A stretch of DNA of 64,000 nt from Guillardia theta CCMP2712 (Eukaryota; Protista; Cryptophyta): positions 186,001 through 250,000 of the forward strand of contig NW_005434635.1 of NCBI RefSeq assembly GCF_000315625.1. Direction: 5' to 3'. This document shows, piece by piece, positions 26,336 through 38,868 of this stretch. Made by a program: the position numbers and the translations under genes. The notes beneath the pieces are model-generated. The model made no database searches and was not told where the DNA came from. It worked only from the letters and a program-made list of their open reading frames with translations. Within the stretch, counting starts at the first letter, position 1, and the number at the start of each line of letters is the position of its first letter.

Positions 26336-27664
26336 CTACTCACGACGAAACCAGTCGATGGCACCGCCTACCGCGATAGTCTGGAAGGAAATCAAGGAGA
26401 AGAAAAACCAATCAAACACATACCACCAGACACACTAAGATGAGAATAATCAACGTGAAAGTCGAAAGTGGGGTGATTTCCCGCAGCTGCTCACAGTTAC
26501 CATCGACCAGTCAATCTAACAACCTTCACCGGATTCTTGCAGATGTACACGTCTTTGACGCTTGTAGTTGAGGATGCAGACGTGTTTGTGCTCTGAGAGG
26601 GTTCAGACAAGATCGACAAGTCCAAGGGAATACCGATGTAGAAGAAGAGCTCGTGCCAGTCCCGGTACACAGAGAGGTATTGCAGCATGAGACTGTCATG
26701 CCGCTGTAATTACCTGCCATAGACGGTGACCAAAAATACGTTTAGACCAAGAAGTCAAACTTCACCTGAGGTCACTTGGGTCTTTAGTCCGTTGCATGTC
26801 AGGTTCAAAGTTCCGTCGTAGCAACCCGCTGGAGTCTGATAAACGATTCAAACTCATTGAAAGAATATGGATGAATTAATGAATGACCGCTGTTGATCCG
26901 TTGAAGACCTGCAGGCATGCTAGAGGTGTGACTGTACAATCCTGCAATGTGGTACCCTACACCAAAATCTCAGGACCTTCGCAAATCTTTCTCTTTGTGT
27001 TCAATCGATGATCACCTTCGCACACTGAAAGGTAGTGCCTGCTCTGCGGTCCTCAAAGGGAACCTCAACATCCAACTGTCTCCGTGCTGAAGTCATGGTG
27101 AGCGAAGGATCTACGGTCGGAGCTTGAGCAAGCTTCTTGAAACCGACGCATTGGTTGCAGCTGTTTCACAACAGGTCAGAACACTCGTGGCTCGCATGCC
27201 AACGATTGTGCCTGGTTGTGTTGCAGCAGAAAACTTCGGAATCAACACCTGCTCCTTGACCCATGAAGGGGATCTTCTTCCTGAAAAGCGCACCCACGTA
27301 CGGACATGTAACGGAGATGTTGACCGCGCCGATGAGCTCCAGGAGACACCCCCCGGTGGTGTACGATTTCCCTCCGATCGTTGCTGTATACTGCACACAG
27401 AAGTCTGTAGGTGAAGCACAGGCGAGCTCAGTCGACTTGTCCTTCCATGAGCCCTTCTGGATCATGGCAGGAAGTTTCCCATTGTCTAGAGCTTGTCCTC
27501 GACACTTCAGTCCAGCAGATGCGTTCTGAGCGCTGCCTTGAGGAAAGAATGCAGCTGTTCAGCAAGACGTATCAGAGATGCATTCATCACATTCATCGCA
27601 ACAGTGTCTCCGATCAAATCTCACCGCAAAGGACGACGAGGTAGAGTTTTAGATTGAGCGCCAT
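26336..27664 (-). CDS. Type I membrane protein with two Ly6/uPAR (three-finger)-like Cys domains
   Basis: Spliced product: MALNLKLYLVVLC|AAFFPQGSAQ signal; LKC...C...FC...GGC...TC...CCNTTSCN; FQC...DC...AC...AGC...TC...CCNTSLC; Ser/Thr linker; TM TFTLIILILVCLV|TIAVGGAI; DWFRRE*. Confidence 0.7.
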
Positions 27665-28379
27665 TCCTTGAGATATCATGATGAATCAGCTGGTTGGTAG
27701 GAATACATTTCTGCACCACGTTACGAATGTCAGTGCCGTACAAAACGAGTCGACATGGCTGTCGAACGGGTTCAATTCGAAGCTAAAGACTCAAATAAAA
27801 TGACAGTGAGTTACGATCGTGCAGACTGCGGAGTTAATCGAGTTGAAATCCCTTGGTACATCTAGACTTTGCGAGCAATATGATGCAACAGGAGGTGAGG
27901 GGTATTGAGAGTCAGAGCAAGCCACTGATAACGACAGCTGCAATTGCGAGAACTCATGACACGGAAAGGTGATGTAGGAAGAGGGAATCTGCGCTGGCCA
28001 TTAAACATATTGCTACGGGAAGCGGGAAAGTGGAGGGTTAACAAAGACCGCAGGAGATGGATTGGCTGTTGTGGTAGATTCAAGCTGAGCATGACATGTC
28101 GATCGTGGTGACGGTGATATCTACGCCCTGATCTCATGCGACTATCACACCATACAATGTACTACCGTAGAACCGCATTTGACCCAATCAACGCCATGGA
28201 CGAACAGCCATGATGTCCTAGCATAGGGTGGGTGGGGTCCGAAGCTTTCATCTCAGGCAGGGGTGTAGAATCAATTGTCGGAATGCCTCATTGACCGGGG
28301 GGTAGGGTACTGCATGAGTCACCCAGTGAAAGGGAGGGCCATCAGGGGGTGGTCTCCACTCTGCCGGCACTGTCGTGAC

Positions 28380-29580
28380 TGCAGTGGCCCGGAGTCTGGC
28401 GGCCTCGAGTGCGCGGGCGGCCGGGATCGGACCGTCTCGGGGCCCCACTCCGGGTCACTGAGAAGAGTCACTGGCACTCAACAGTCCCACGGTCGGACGG
28501 TCAAGATCTGTCTACCGTGCCGTACAGGCTGTGTGCAGTGCCTGACCGGGCCGGACCATTCATCGTCGCGGGGCCCACTGCCAGGGCCAGCACTGCCAGA
28601 TTGCGGAGTTCCGGGCCGAGTTTGAAGTTAAAAAGGCTTCGGAAGTTCCGTCTGGCGGCCCGGGGGGCCTTGCCAGGCCCGGGAGGCTCGCTACCCGGTC
28701 CGCGCGCCCGGGTCCGGCGCGGCGCGCGCCGGGGGCCCCCGCGAGGCCCCGCTTCAGTTGCCGCACCCGGCTTCAAGCCGCTGACTCGCTGACCGGTACT
28801 ACGGTATTAATGAGCGGCCCATGGTGCAGTCCCGCAGTGCCGTGCGGCATGGCGGCGCCCCGGGTCAGTCACTGGCCCGGCCATAATGACTACTGGTAGG
28901 CCCGGCATCCGATCATGGCAGTTCATGATTATCAACACTGGCACTGAACCGTTCCGAACAGTCGGACGGTCCTGGATCGGACAGCCCGCCGCGGGGTCAC
29001 AGGCTCGGACCCCGGTCCGGTGATCCGGCGGGGGGGCGCCGGCCGGGCCTGGCCCAGCGGCCCGGGCCCCTTGCCTGACTCTCTGTTCAAGGCTGCCACA
29101 GCCCGGCGCCGGGGCCGCCGGGCGGGGGGGGGCCCGGCCGCCGGGCGGCCGCCGTGCCACTGGCGGGCAGCGGCCAGCCTGATGCTGACAGGCTGTCGGA
29201 CCGTCTGAGTCTCGGAAACGTACGACCGGGAATGCAGCAGGCCGGGATGTGTGCCGGAAGCGGCTCCCCCGGTAAAGTTCCGCATGACACCTGACCGCCC
29301 CCCCCCGCCGCCGGCACGCCGGGCTAGCCTAGTAGTACGGTACTCACGGTGACGAAACTTGAAAGTTGACAGAGACAAATCTCGAGATTGAATCTTGGAC
29401 TGGAAGTCACTGTACCGGCAATTGCCAGTTCAGTGAGTGGCTTGTACCATCGTGATTCACTTAGTATGTGAGTTCCGGAATTTGTACCATGAATACCAAC
29501 CGAGGTTCGAAGAATGAGTACAAAATACAGTACCGCAAAAATATCTTTTAGTACCGCATGGTACTATGCTACTATGACGA
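28380..29580. other. Largest CCGG/GGCC-rich intergenic island plus GTAC-rich tail
   Basis: Very dense ccgg/ggcc with gtcact/tgactc motifs; similar islands at ~14190, 15840, 23940, 42300, 45150, 46380 and 59970. Confidence 0.75.
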
Positions 29581-29659
29581 TCAGGCTGGTCAATTTTAGA
29601 CGCCCTCAGAGGTTTTGCCTTTTCACGAAAGGTTGCCGATTCGAAGCCGCCGCTGCGAA

Positions 29660-30297
29660 ATGCTGTTGCTTCAGCTCATTCCCATGACTCCCATGCTCTC
29701 CTCAGGCTACACCCGCGCCGATGGCATTACCTTCGATGGCATTCCCAGTAAGAAGACGATCTTATCTCTTGCTGACGCTTGTCTGACTTGCTTGCTTTAG
29801 GCCAGGAGGGCTTCTGGATTGTGGACAGCTACAATGCCCCGTGAGTCAACCATGCCCCTCTCCTCCCTCGTTTGTTGGCTTGCGGTGATGTGTGAAATTT
29901 TCGCAGTGCCAGCGACCCATACAGAACGACTGAGGTCAACATCGACACTCGTTATGGGGGAGGGATCGGTACCTCCGGCTTCAACGGGGGCGAGACCCCG
30001 ATCTCAGATGGGTACTCGGCTGCGAGCATCGGAGTGCCACTCTTCTCATACGGTGCCTCCTAAGACTCAAGAAAAGAGACACTAGTGTGAAGATGTAGCT
30101 GTTTGCGTCTGAACAGGTTCTATATATCTATATGCCTCAAACGCTCTCGTGGTGTATGCTCTTTCACGTGACCTCACTCCCTTCTCTAACTGAAGAAATT
30201 CACTCAACGAAGAAGATGTTTGGCATCATGCCACTGAATGCCGAAGATAGCGGAGAGCTGAAGATAGCATTCAAGTTCAATCCGCACCGCCTTTGAC
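29660..30297 (+). CDS. Small hypothetical protein, 5 short exons
   Basis: In-frame GT-AG joins: MLLLQLIPMTPMLSSGYTRADGITFDGIP|SQEGFWIVDSYNAP|ASDPYRTTEVNIDTRYGGGI|DGYSAASIGVPLFSY|GSIYLYASNALV|EIHSTKKMFG...PHRL*. Confidence 0.55.
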
Positions 30298-31033
30298 GTG
30301 ACGGGCGTTCCCCCGGGGTAACGAAAATCTCTATATCCCTTTGAAGGAATGATCAAGCATGAAATTGTGCATTTCAAAAGTACATGTCCTCAAGTGAACC
30401 ATCGCTGATTTCACCCAAGTGAATCCAATACGTTCCTTAGCAGCCCTTCATCCAGACTTTCCTGGCAAGACGCTTTATTGCATTGAAGGCTTCATATACA
30501 GAAATCCGAATAACCGACTTGAAGTTCTGTTGCTGCGGCATGATCCTGAGTCCCTGCCAGTTGCGGACATGGTTGACAGCAACTTACATGTTTCCTCGCC
30601 CGGCCTACCATGATGTTGGTGCCACCGTGATGATAACCTGAAGGTTGCAGTGTGAATGTCCTTGAGATTACTCCATGACTCGTGAGATCACAATATGACG
30701 CCCTTCTACCGTAGCACCCCCATTACAGACTGACTCGAGGCAGTGTCCGCTGCCGCTGCAGGCACTGCGGCCTCACTCGGAGTTCGGAGGAGTGCTGGAG
30801 CAGTTGTTCCTCTAGCAGGATCACCTCTTGAAGGCCACTAGCTCCTTCTGCGATGTTGCTGCCCATCGTCGTCATCCTCCCGGCAGTACGACAGTGAACT
30901 TGCCACAGTGAGTTGAGTTTGTAGGCTCCTCGTGGCCCGGGTGCTCTCGTTAGGAGGAGGTCCGGTCACCCCCTCGTAGCCATACAAAACAGGGGTGAGA
31001 GTGAGAGGGGGTGGTTTCAGGGTTTGCCGGGAA

Positions 31034-34000
31034 ATGGAGGCGGATTATGGAGCAGTGTGGTGCTTTTCGGGGGAGGAGGAGGAGGAGGAGGAGGAGGAGG
31101 AGGAGGAGGAGGAGGAGGAGGAGGAGGAGGAGGAGGAGGAGGAGGAAGGGGATGCTACTGCTGCTGATGACGACGACGATGACGACAATGAGGAGGAGGG
31201 CAAAAATTATGAGGGCATCGAGGAAGGCAAAGGGGAGGACAACAAAGAGGTTCCGATGAAGGGTAGGAAGAGGAAGGCGGTTGAGCTCAATTATCAGCTG
31301 GACTGCTTCCGTCCAAGGCCTCAATCGACAGATACACAGGTTGGTCAGCATCGATCCACCTCTCACATGCTGCTCTTCAGCATTGTTTCTCCACCTCCAC
31401 CCTCATTCCATCTTTCATTCTTCCGTCCTTCCCTGACTACAGTCTACTCATAAGGACAAGACTCCAGCAGGGATGGAGTTTCCGTATTTCGTCAACGAAA
31501 AAGAGTCCCTGAAAGGACAATATCAGGAATATCGACTCTCTTTGATGGGAAGATGCATTCAGCAAAGGATGTCAAAAAGCAACGTCGTTGCAGCCAGGAT
31601 AGAGGATTTCCTCCATTCCAACGTCGAAACAACAAGTTACAATGAAGGAGAAGAGACGACTACGTTTGTGCAAAAACCTTTTGAAAGGAAGGTGAACACA
31701 GAAGAACCATTGATTGGATTCAACGAATGCATTGAATGAACTTTGTCGTCGCAGGCTCCAGCAGAGCCAGCATCCGAAGACGAGTCGACACGAGACGATG
31801 AGTGGAAGTGGAAGGATGATTATTACAAGCTCTTGCTCGGTTGGAGTCGATCCGATCTGAGTGCTCCACGAGAATCTATTGGGTTGAGGCAAATGCCGGC
31901 GGCGCAGACTAGAAGTTATGAGGACAAGAGGTAGCATTCCTGGCTATCTTAGATAGTCTGCCTCTCACGGTGCTGCTTCGCAGGGAGTACCTTGTTGGGA
32001 ACCTTGAGTTTGTGGTAGAGGAAACGAGGGCGATGTTGCTGCAGTCGTTGCAATCAGTTGGAAGGCGGCAAGCAGACTTCGAGTTGAGTTTCGACGATCA
32101 CCCTCACAAAGGTTTGGAGCATGTTTGGGGGGCTGGAAATCCCCCCTTACATCTATTCTCTCCCATCTCTCATTTTCTCTTGCCCTCCAGTCGCTTCCTT
32201 GCGCACGAAGCATCTCATCAGAGTGGAGTTCGATCTCCGTCAAACCAAGAAGTTCCAGCCATCTCCCGAGTTTCGCATGAGGAAGGTCTGGCTCGGACTC
32301 GACTGCAATCGCATACTGTCTCTTCTGATGTTCATTCTTCTTCGACAGGCACAGCTGAAGTCCGGGACAATTTTCCTGCTCACCTGTAAATGTCAAGAAA
32401 AGTCAGGGAAGTCCAAGGTTTCGGAGTTCTTCGCTGCCCTGGCGGACTCTTCTTCTAGGGATACTAAGGGTGATTCCATTCCCCTGTGGGTTCACAAGAA
32501 GAATTCGAAGACTTTACAGGACATCGCCCCCAGCTCTCACCTGCGAGCCTTCTGTCTTTGCTCAGTGATCAGCCAGACGCGAATCTACGCCTGCTGCTCC
32601 AAACACGTCAAGTTCCCCCTCTTGACAAGCATGATGGTGCTATGACACTCCTTGGGCGGTCTTTGCCTCTCACTAGACTCTGTTGCCAGGGGGCGCCTTC
32701 TGCTGAGTACATCCGCTTCTTGTCCTCCAGCGAGGACGAGGAGAGTTCCTGCAGCGAACCCAGCGACGCCGTGCCTTGTTCTGCCCTTCAGAAGCTCAAG
32801 TCGGGGCGCAGCAAGGCGGAGGAAGCCTCGGCCACTTCAGCACGCGGCCCGTTGGAAACCTTGTACGCGGATGAGCTGGCGGGGCTGTACCCGGCTCAGC
32901 GGGAAGCCTTCTTGAAGTTCATGGAGTCAGTCCACTCCGATCCCATCGTCTCGAAGAAAGCGAGAGGTCAGCGACTTCCTTGGCCTCTAGTCATGCTCGA
33001 CTCACCTTGCCCGCAGAGCCCCCCGGCTTCCATAGGGCGAGTGGGACCCAGCGGCTGCAGGTGAGCAACTTGATGGAGGCGGTGAAGTTACTGTTTTCGG
33101 TGGACCAGCTCGTCCATGGGCCACCAGGGACGGGAAAGACGAAGTTGATCCTATCCTTGCTCAGAGCCCTTGCCGGGCACGTCAGGGCCGGGGGAGACGG
33201 GAAGGAGCGGAGGCCCAGGATCCTCGTTTCTGCAGCGACCAACAAGGCAGTGCTCGTGATGCTGGAGGGGATCCTGTCGCAGGGAGGAGGGCTCGACCCC
33301 CCCACGTGTGTCACGCTGCACGGGGTGGAGGAGAGGATCTTTGACTTGACAAGTAAGCTGCGCTGGGTCGCGGAGGGACGCGGTGAACTGACGGGGAGGA
33401 TGAAGGTGGGGAGGAGTGGAGCTCGAGCAGGGCCGGCGCACACCTCAGGATCGAGGAGGTTCACTGCGGAACTCAGTTGAGCTCGCTGGTGCAGCACGTC
33501 TGCCTCCTGCGGCGAGACCTGCGGGGAAGCTCCAAGTCTGATGTGGTCAGGCGAGTGGAGGAGGTAAGAGAAACAGGCGGGAGGTGAGGAGCAGCTGCTG
33601 GTACTGATGGGCAGCAGATCGTCGCGAGGTACCAGCGCTGGTTTCCAATCAGCTGGAAGACGGAGATCGAACCTTTCTTCAGCAAGCTGTTGGGCGAAGT
33701 TGAGCAGATAGAGACGAACGGGAGGTTGCAAGGGATGGAAAGCAACCTGCTCGACTCTCTGCTGGAGGAGGTGGAGAGCAAGCTGAGAAGTCTGGAGCGG
33801 GATAGGAAGGTGGTCGACAACATAGCGAGCGAGAGGCTGAGAAACTCATCTCTCATCTTCTCGACTCTCATCAGCTCGGGCTCGTCCAGGCTTGGGAGGA
33901 GCTTGCCAGTCGACATCTTGATTGTGAGTCCGTTGGAGCAAGGGGGGGGGGGTGGGCGGGTGTCTCAGGGAGCAGAGGGCAGGAAGGAGTGAGAGGAGGT

Positions 34001-35322
34001 TGGGGGAGGGAGGACTTATGATGTTGCTTTAGGTGGACGAGGCATCGCAAGCTCTGGACGGTAAGGAAGGAGAGAAAGTTGAAATTTTCTGATTCTCGCG
34101 CACCTGCCTTCCTAGTGCACTTTCACCTCCTCCTGCCTCCTCCTGCCTCCTCCTGCCTCCTCCTGCCTCCTCCTGCCTCCTCCTGCCTTGTCTCCCACCC
34201 CCCCCCCACCCCCCCATTATCCTGGTCATACCAACATTTGGTTGCCAGGGGAGTTGCTGGTGGCTATGAGTTCTCTTAATCCACGACTTGCGCTGCTGGT
34301 CGGTGACCCTGCCCAGCTCCCTGCTCTTGTTTTCAGCCAGGTACTCTTCCAGCTCCTGCCTCTGATGCCGTCACCTCCATGCCCACTTCACCTCTCATCC
34401 TCCTGCTCTCCTGCTACCTTCTTGCTCCTCCTCTGACTTAGCTTCCACCGACCTCGATCTTTCCTCCTCTTCCTCCTCGCCTCACTTCCTGCATGTCTTA
34501 CAGGACAAGAAGACCATCGCATGGTCGACGCCGGCCATGTCAAGACTGATGGACGGCGGTCAGCCCTACGTGCTCCTGAACGAGCAGAGGAGAATGCCGG
34601 ACGCTATCGCTGAGTTCCCCATCCGCGAGTTCTACGAGAACAGAGTCAAGAGCATGAAGAGCAGGTCCGGGCAGCCCTCCGTCAATCTCCAGCCGATCCC
34701 ATGGCTGCGGCAGTGCTACTGCTTCGTGGACGTCAAGGGGCAGGAGGAGGCGGGAGCTCTTTCTTCCGGCCCTGCTCTCGCTACCGACAGGAGCTACAGC
34801 AACAGGAGGGAGGCGATGCTCGTCTGTCACATCCTGCAGCAGCTCCAGGGACAACTCCAGCTTGTACTGGGCAGGGACGTCTCCGTCATAACCTTCTACT
34901 CTGCGCAGGTGGAGGCGATCTACGACAGTCTGAGGAGGAAGGGGATGAACAGGAGGACGGGAGTCTACACTGTTGACAGCTTCCAGGGGTCGGAGAGCGA
35001 CGTCGTCTTGTGCTCCTGCGTGCGATCCAACGGCGGAGGAGGATGCGGCTTCCTGGCAGACAGGAGGAGGCTCAACGTTGCCCTCACCCGTGCCAAGAAA
35101 CTGCTTATCGTCGTCGGGTCTGCGTCGACGCTGAAAAGATCTTCAAGCGCGGCCCTCCGCATGTTGGTGGAGGACGCGGAGAAGAGGAAGGTGGTGGTGG
35201 AGGAGGAAGAGTTGGTGGGCAAGGGGGTGAGGGCCTGGGGTGACAGGGAGCTGATGGGACGGAGGATGAGCCATGGAGGAGCTAGAGGGAGGGAGGCGAA
35301 GAGGAGGAGGGAGAAGAAATGA
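31034..35322 (+). CDS. Superfamily-1 Upf1/Sen1-like (DNA2/NAM7) helicase with an acidic N-terminus
   Basis: LVHGPPGTGKT, ILVSAATNKAV, DILI|VDEASQ, LVGDPAQLPA, LNEQRRM, VITFYSAQV, TVDSFQGSE, RRLNVALTRAK; N-terminal exons less certain. Confidence 0.9.
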
Positions 35323-35343
35323 AGCAAGGGCAGGAGAGCGTCT

Positions 35344-36906
35344 TCATGATCGCTGGATGGTTTGGGCAAGAGCGTCGCAAGCCCGGCAGGGGGAGGAGGA
35401 CGGAAGATTTTTCTGCTCCATCAGTCGGAGGTGGAGCTGCTGGGCCTCGTGCAAGAACTGCTCCTGTCGTGCGAGTCTCAGAAAGGGGAAGGACAAGAGG
35501 CGGCTGACCGCATGGTGATGGTCGTTGAGCGCGACTGCCTTCTCCCCCTCAGCGATGGCGTCGGCAAACCTCTTCTCCTGCGGCACATGTCACGTTCTCA
35601 TGACATTGGAGCAGCATGGAGATGAAGAGTGAGAGACAAGGAGTGAGAGAAAGGGGAAACAGGAGGAGGAGGAGGAGGAGGAGGAGGAGGAGGAGGAGGA
35701 GGAGGAGGAGAGGAGGAGGAAAGGGAAGATTGAGGGGGAGAGAGGATGGAGGGGGGATCGCGAGTGATTACAGTAGCATTCAAGGAAGAAGCCTGAGAGC
35801 AAGGAGCGTCAGCTCAGCACAGCATCGGAGTGTCGCTGTACCTCTTCCATCGACTCCTTCCTTTTGCGCATGCTGCTGACTATTCCAGAGATCTTCTGAA
35901 CCTGGCGGAAGGGAGCATGAGACAACAGGAGGGAACCTCCACATTCCTGCTCCTCACCAGCGCTCGCAGGTCCCTCTTCGTCTCTCTCGCCTGCTTCTCC
36001 TTCGTCTCTCGCGCTGTCGCATCCACCACGTAGGAGCCAACCTGCCGCACCTGCTGCGAACTTCAGCTCCCGGGGGCTCGAGCCTTGTGCTGTGGTGGAC
36101 CTCGTTGGAGATGCGATGGATGCTGGAGGAGAGCTCCTTGATCTCATGCCGAACGTTGTCGTTGTTCCTCCTCCTCCTCAGCCCCCTGTTCAGCCCTGAC
36201 TTACCAACGTCTGCCCGCACGCTCCTCCTTCACCTCCTTGCATCTTGTAGCTGCCCCACAAACCGATTGATCTTCACGTCCTGCCGCCGGATGGATGGCC
36301 AGCTGTGCAGGCCGGCGGCCCGATTAAGCTTCTTCACGAGCTTGTTCACCGTGATCGCCCTCCTCGCGTCCTTCTCAGCGTCTTTGAAGTCGTGCAGCTG
36401 GATGTTGCGCTTGCCCCTGTCGATCAGGGACGCGATCTTCGCTTGTTCCCCCTGCAGCTTCCTCCTCAAGGCTTGCTTCTGCTCTCTGCCACGTCGGGGG
36501 TCAGCAGCACATCCTACGGCCAAGAGCCTTCAGACCTGATCTCCTCCCTCTCCACGATGAGCTTCTCCAGCGCCTTCGCCTCCTTCAGGAGGTCCGGGTG
36601 CTTGTCGATCTCCTTCATGAAACACCCTTTGGCGTCCTCATTCCAGTTGCACACACAGCTTGCTTCCCTCGCGCATCGCTGCGCTGCTCTCGTCACCAGC
36701 TCCTTGAGGCTCGGGATGCAGTCTGGATCTGTCCTGCACTCCACCACTGTCTCATGCACCGGAGACCTCGACCGGAGCGACTCAGGCCCGGGGGGACCCA
36801 GGATACCGATGGTGGCCAACAGCAAGGCGGAGCAAAGGAGGAGCAAGGGGCGACTTGACCGATACCAGCGCTGATCTCTCAGTTGCAGCGGAGGCGATTC
36901 GACCAT
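35344..36906 (-). CDS. Hypothetical type II membrane protein with a small Cys cluster and helical/TPR-like repeats
   Basis: TM LLLLCSALLLATIGIL; CRTDPDC..C..CVC..C; repeats DFKDAEKDARRAITVN and RFADAIAEGEKAVALN. Confidence 0.55.
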
Positions 36907-37689
36907 GAGCGAGCGGTCTCGTGTCAAAACATCCCCACGACGACCTGCCAGGTGCTGTTACGTCAGTAGTCAAGACCAGCCGTTCGCGTGCTAGCGCGGA
37001 TCCCTACAGGGGACAAGACATGAGAAAGGGATGCCAGTGATGCCAGTGTTGGTGTTAAAGTAGGTGGATGTGGCGACGGGGACGTTCATCGTCGAGGTTA
37101 GGTTCCAGGTTACGTTTGAGATCGAGGTCGACACAGAGGGAGAGTGTGTGGTTTGGGGGTCTAATCTTCGAAAAACACGCTAATTCCCTCAACATCGTGT
37201 TGCTCTATTCGTCATATATCTTTCTTTCGTTATACCATGAATCATGGAACAATCTCTGACGGTCAATGAAGTTACATGGTAAAGGAGATTCGCCATGGTT
37301 GTTTATCATTATCCTCATCATCCTGAGTATCATCTCTTCCCTCGCTTCCTGCCCCTTCGTCCTTGTCCTGTTGCTACTCCTCTCCCTCCTCTCTGTCATC
37401 ATCTTCCTATCTTTCCTCTCCCCTCGCCCTCCGACTCGCTTCCTGGCCCTTCCTCCCTGCCCGACTGCGATTCGATGCTGTCATGATTTGCTTCCTAGCT
37501 ATGGACCCGGCGCCGCCCGCCCTCCGAATAAACAGTCTGGTCTCAGTTACGTAGCACTTCCGGAGTCCTATCGGAGTTTCAGAGCCGGAGGCCCGGAGGA
37601 GAATGAGGGGGATGAAGGAACCTCTGTTTTTCGTTTACTACTGCTGTAAAAGGATTTAGCTGTAAAATTCATTTTTAACCATCGCGTTT

Positions 37690-38680
37690 CTAGAACCCGA
37701 CGCGGGTGGAAGGTGATCGAAGGGGTGGTGGGGGTACTTAAGGCTAGGTAGCCTCAAGGGTTGGGTTGGCCCGCCTCATGAAGGTGGGTTCCATGAAATA
37801 CACGGGGGTTGTACAAATTGTTCTGTGATATGGGTGGGGTATTGTAAAGTACTCCCCTTTTCACCTAATTTCCATTTGTTTTCTATGGTGGGGTGAAGCA
37901 CAAAAGAGAGGTGGGGTCTATGGGGTGGTACCAAGAAAAGGGTAGTCCTTGGGCTCTGATGTTCGGAGGGACGCAATGAAGAAGAGTGGCACATCGCCAA
38001 TCAAGGGGGTAGGGTGTGGTAAGTGCATCCTAATGGACTGGTACCAAAGGGGGTCCTTCCGAGTCAATTCACATGGTGGGTGGTCAGAGAATTTTCTTTG
38101 TGTGGGTAGGGTACTAAGTACCCACCCGCCATTTCCCGCACCTAGCTTCATGTCTTTGTGGAAATTAAAATGGGGCGGAAGTTTATTGAGGGTGGGGTCC
38201 TCGATGAGAGCCTTAAAACCGAACGGGTGGTATGATTTGAGTGGATTCAAGGGGGTGGAATACAAATGGGGTGGGTAGTCGGAATGAAGGGGTTGAAAGG
38301 AAGTTTTGAGATCGAAACCTGTAAAGAGCAGGGTGAGGGTATAAATAATTGTTCAGCAAGCAGGTAGGTGGGGTAGTATCAAATTCAGGGTACTGGGGTC
38401 ACAACATGAAAAGTCTCCGAAGTCGGGTTCAATCCTGGGGGTGAGGGTACCTACCCTTGAGGTCTACAAAAACAATCAGCTATGACAAAATACCATGAAT
38501 AAGGGGTACTACCTATCTTTGTGGGTCACTAATGAACACAGGTCGAATACATGGGGTATCACAAGAAACAATGTTTCTAAGGTAGGGTCCATGTACAGAG
38601 GGGTACTCGAAACGGGATCGGGGGCTGGGGGTGGGGTGAGGACCCATATAAGATCGAAAGAATCGTGGCATGGAACTGCA
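37690..38680. repeat. GGGGTA/TACCCC-rich intergenic tract
   Basis: Dense ggggt(a/g) motifs; similar tracts at 1-390, 800-950, 16020-16560, 22630-22745 and 57350-57660. Confidence 0.65.
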
Positions 38681-38868
38681 CAGAGTGTGAGGAGTTGGTA
38701 GAGGCTACGTACGCAACACAAAGATCATAAGAGCAGACTAGTTTGTCTTGTTGTTACCGTTCCTGTGTTTCAAGTTCTACTTGTCGACAAGTTCCAAAGG
38801 AGGCAACTCAACCTTATCCCTTGATTGATCAAAGATTCAAACCCCCTTCCTACCATCGAAGTTCTGAT

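Noticed and set aside
30400-30950. Possible minus-strand spliced gene
   Set aside because: Could not build a consistent reading frame
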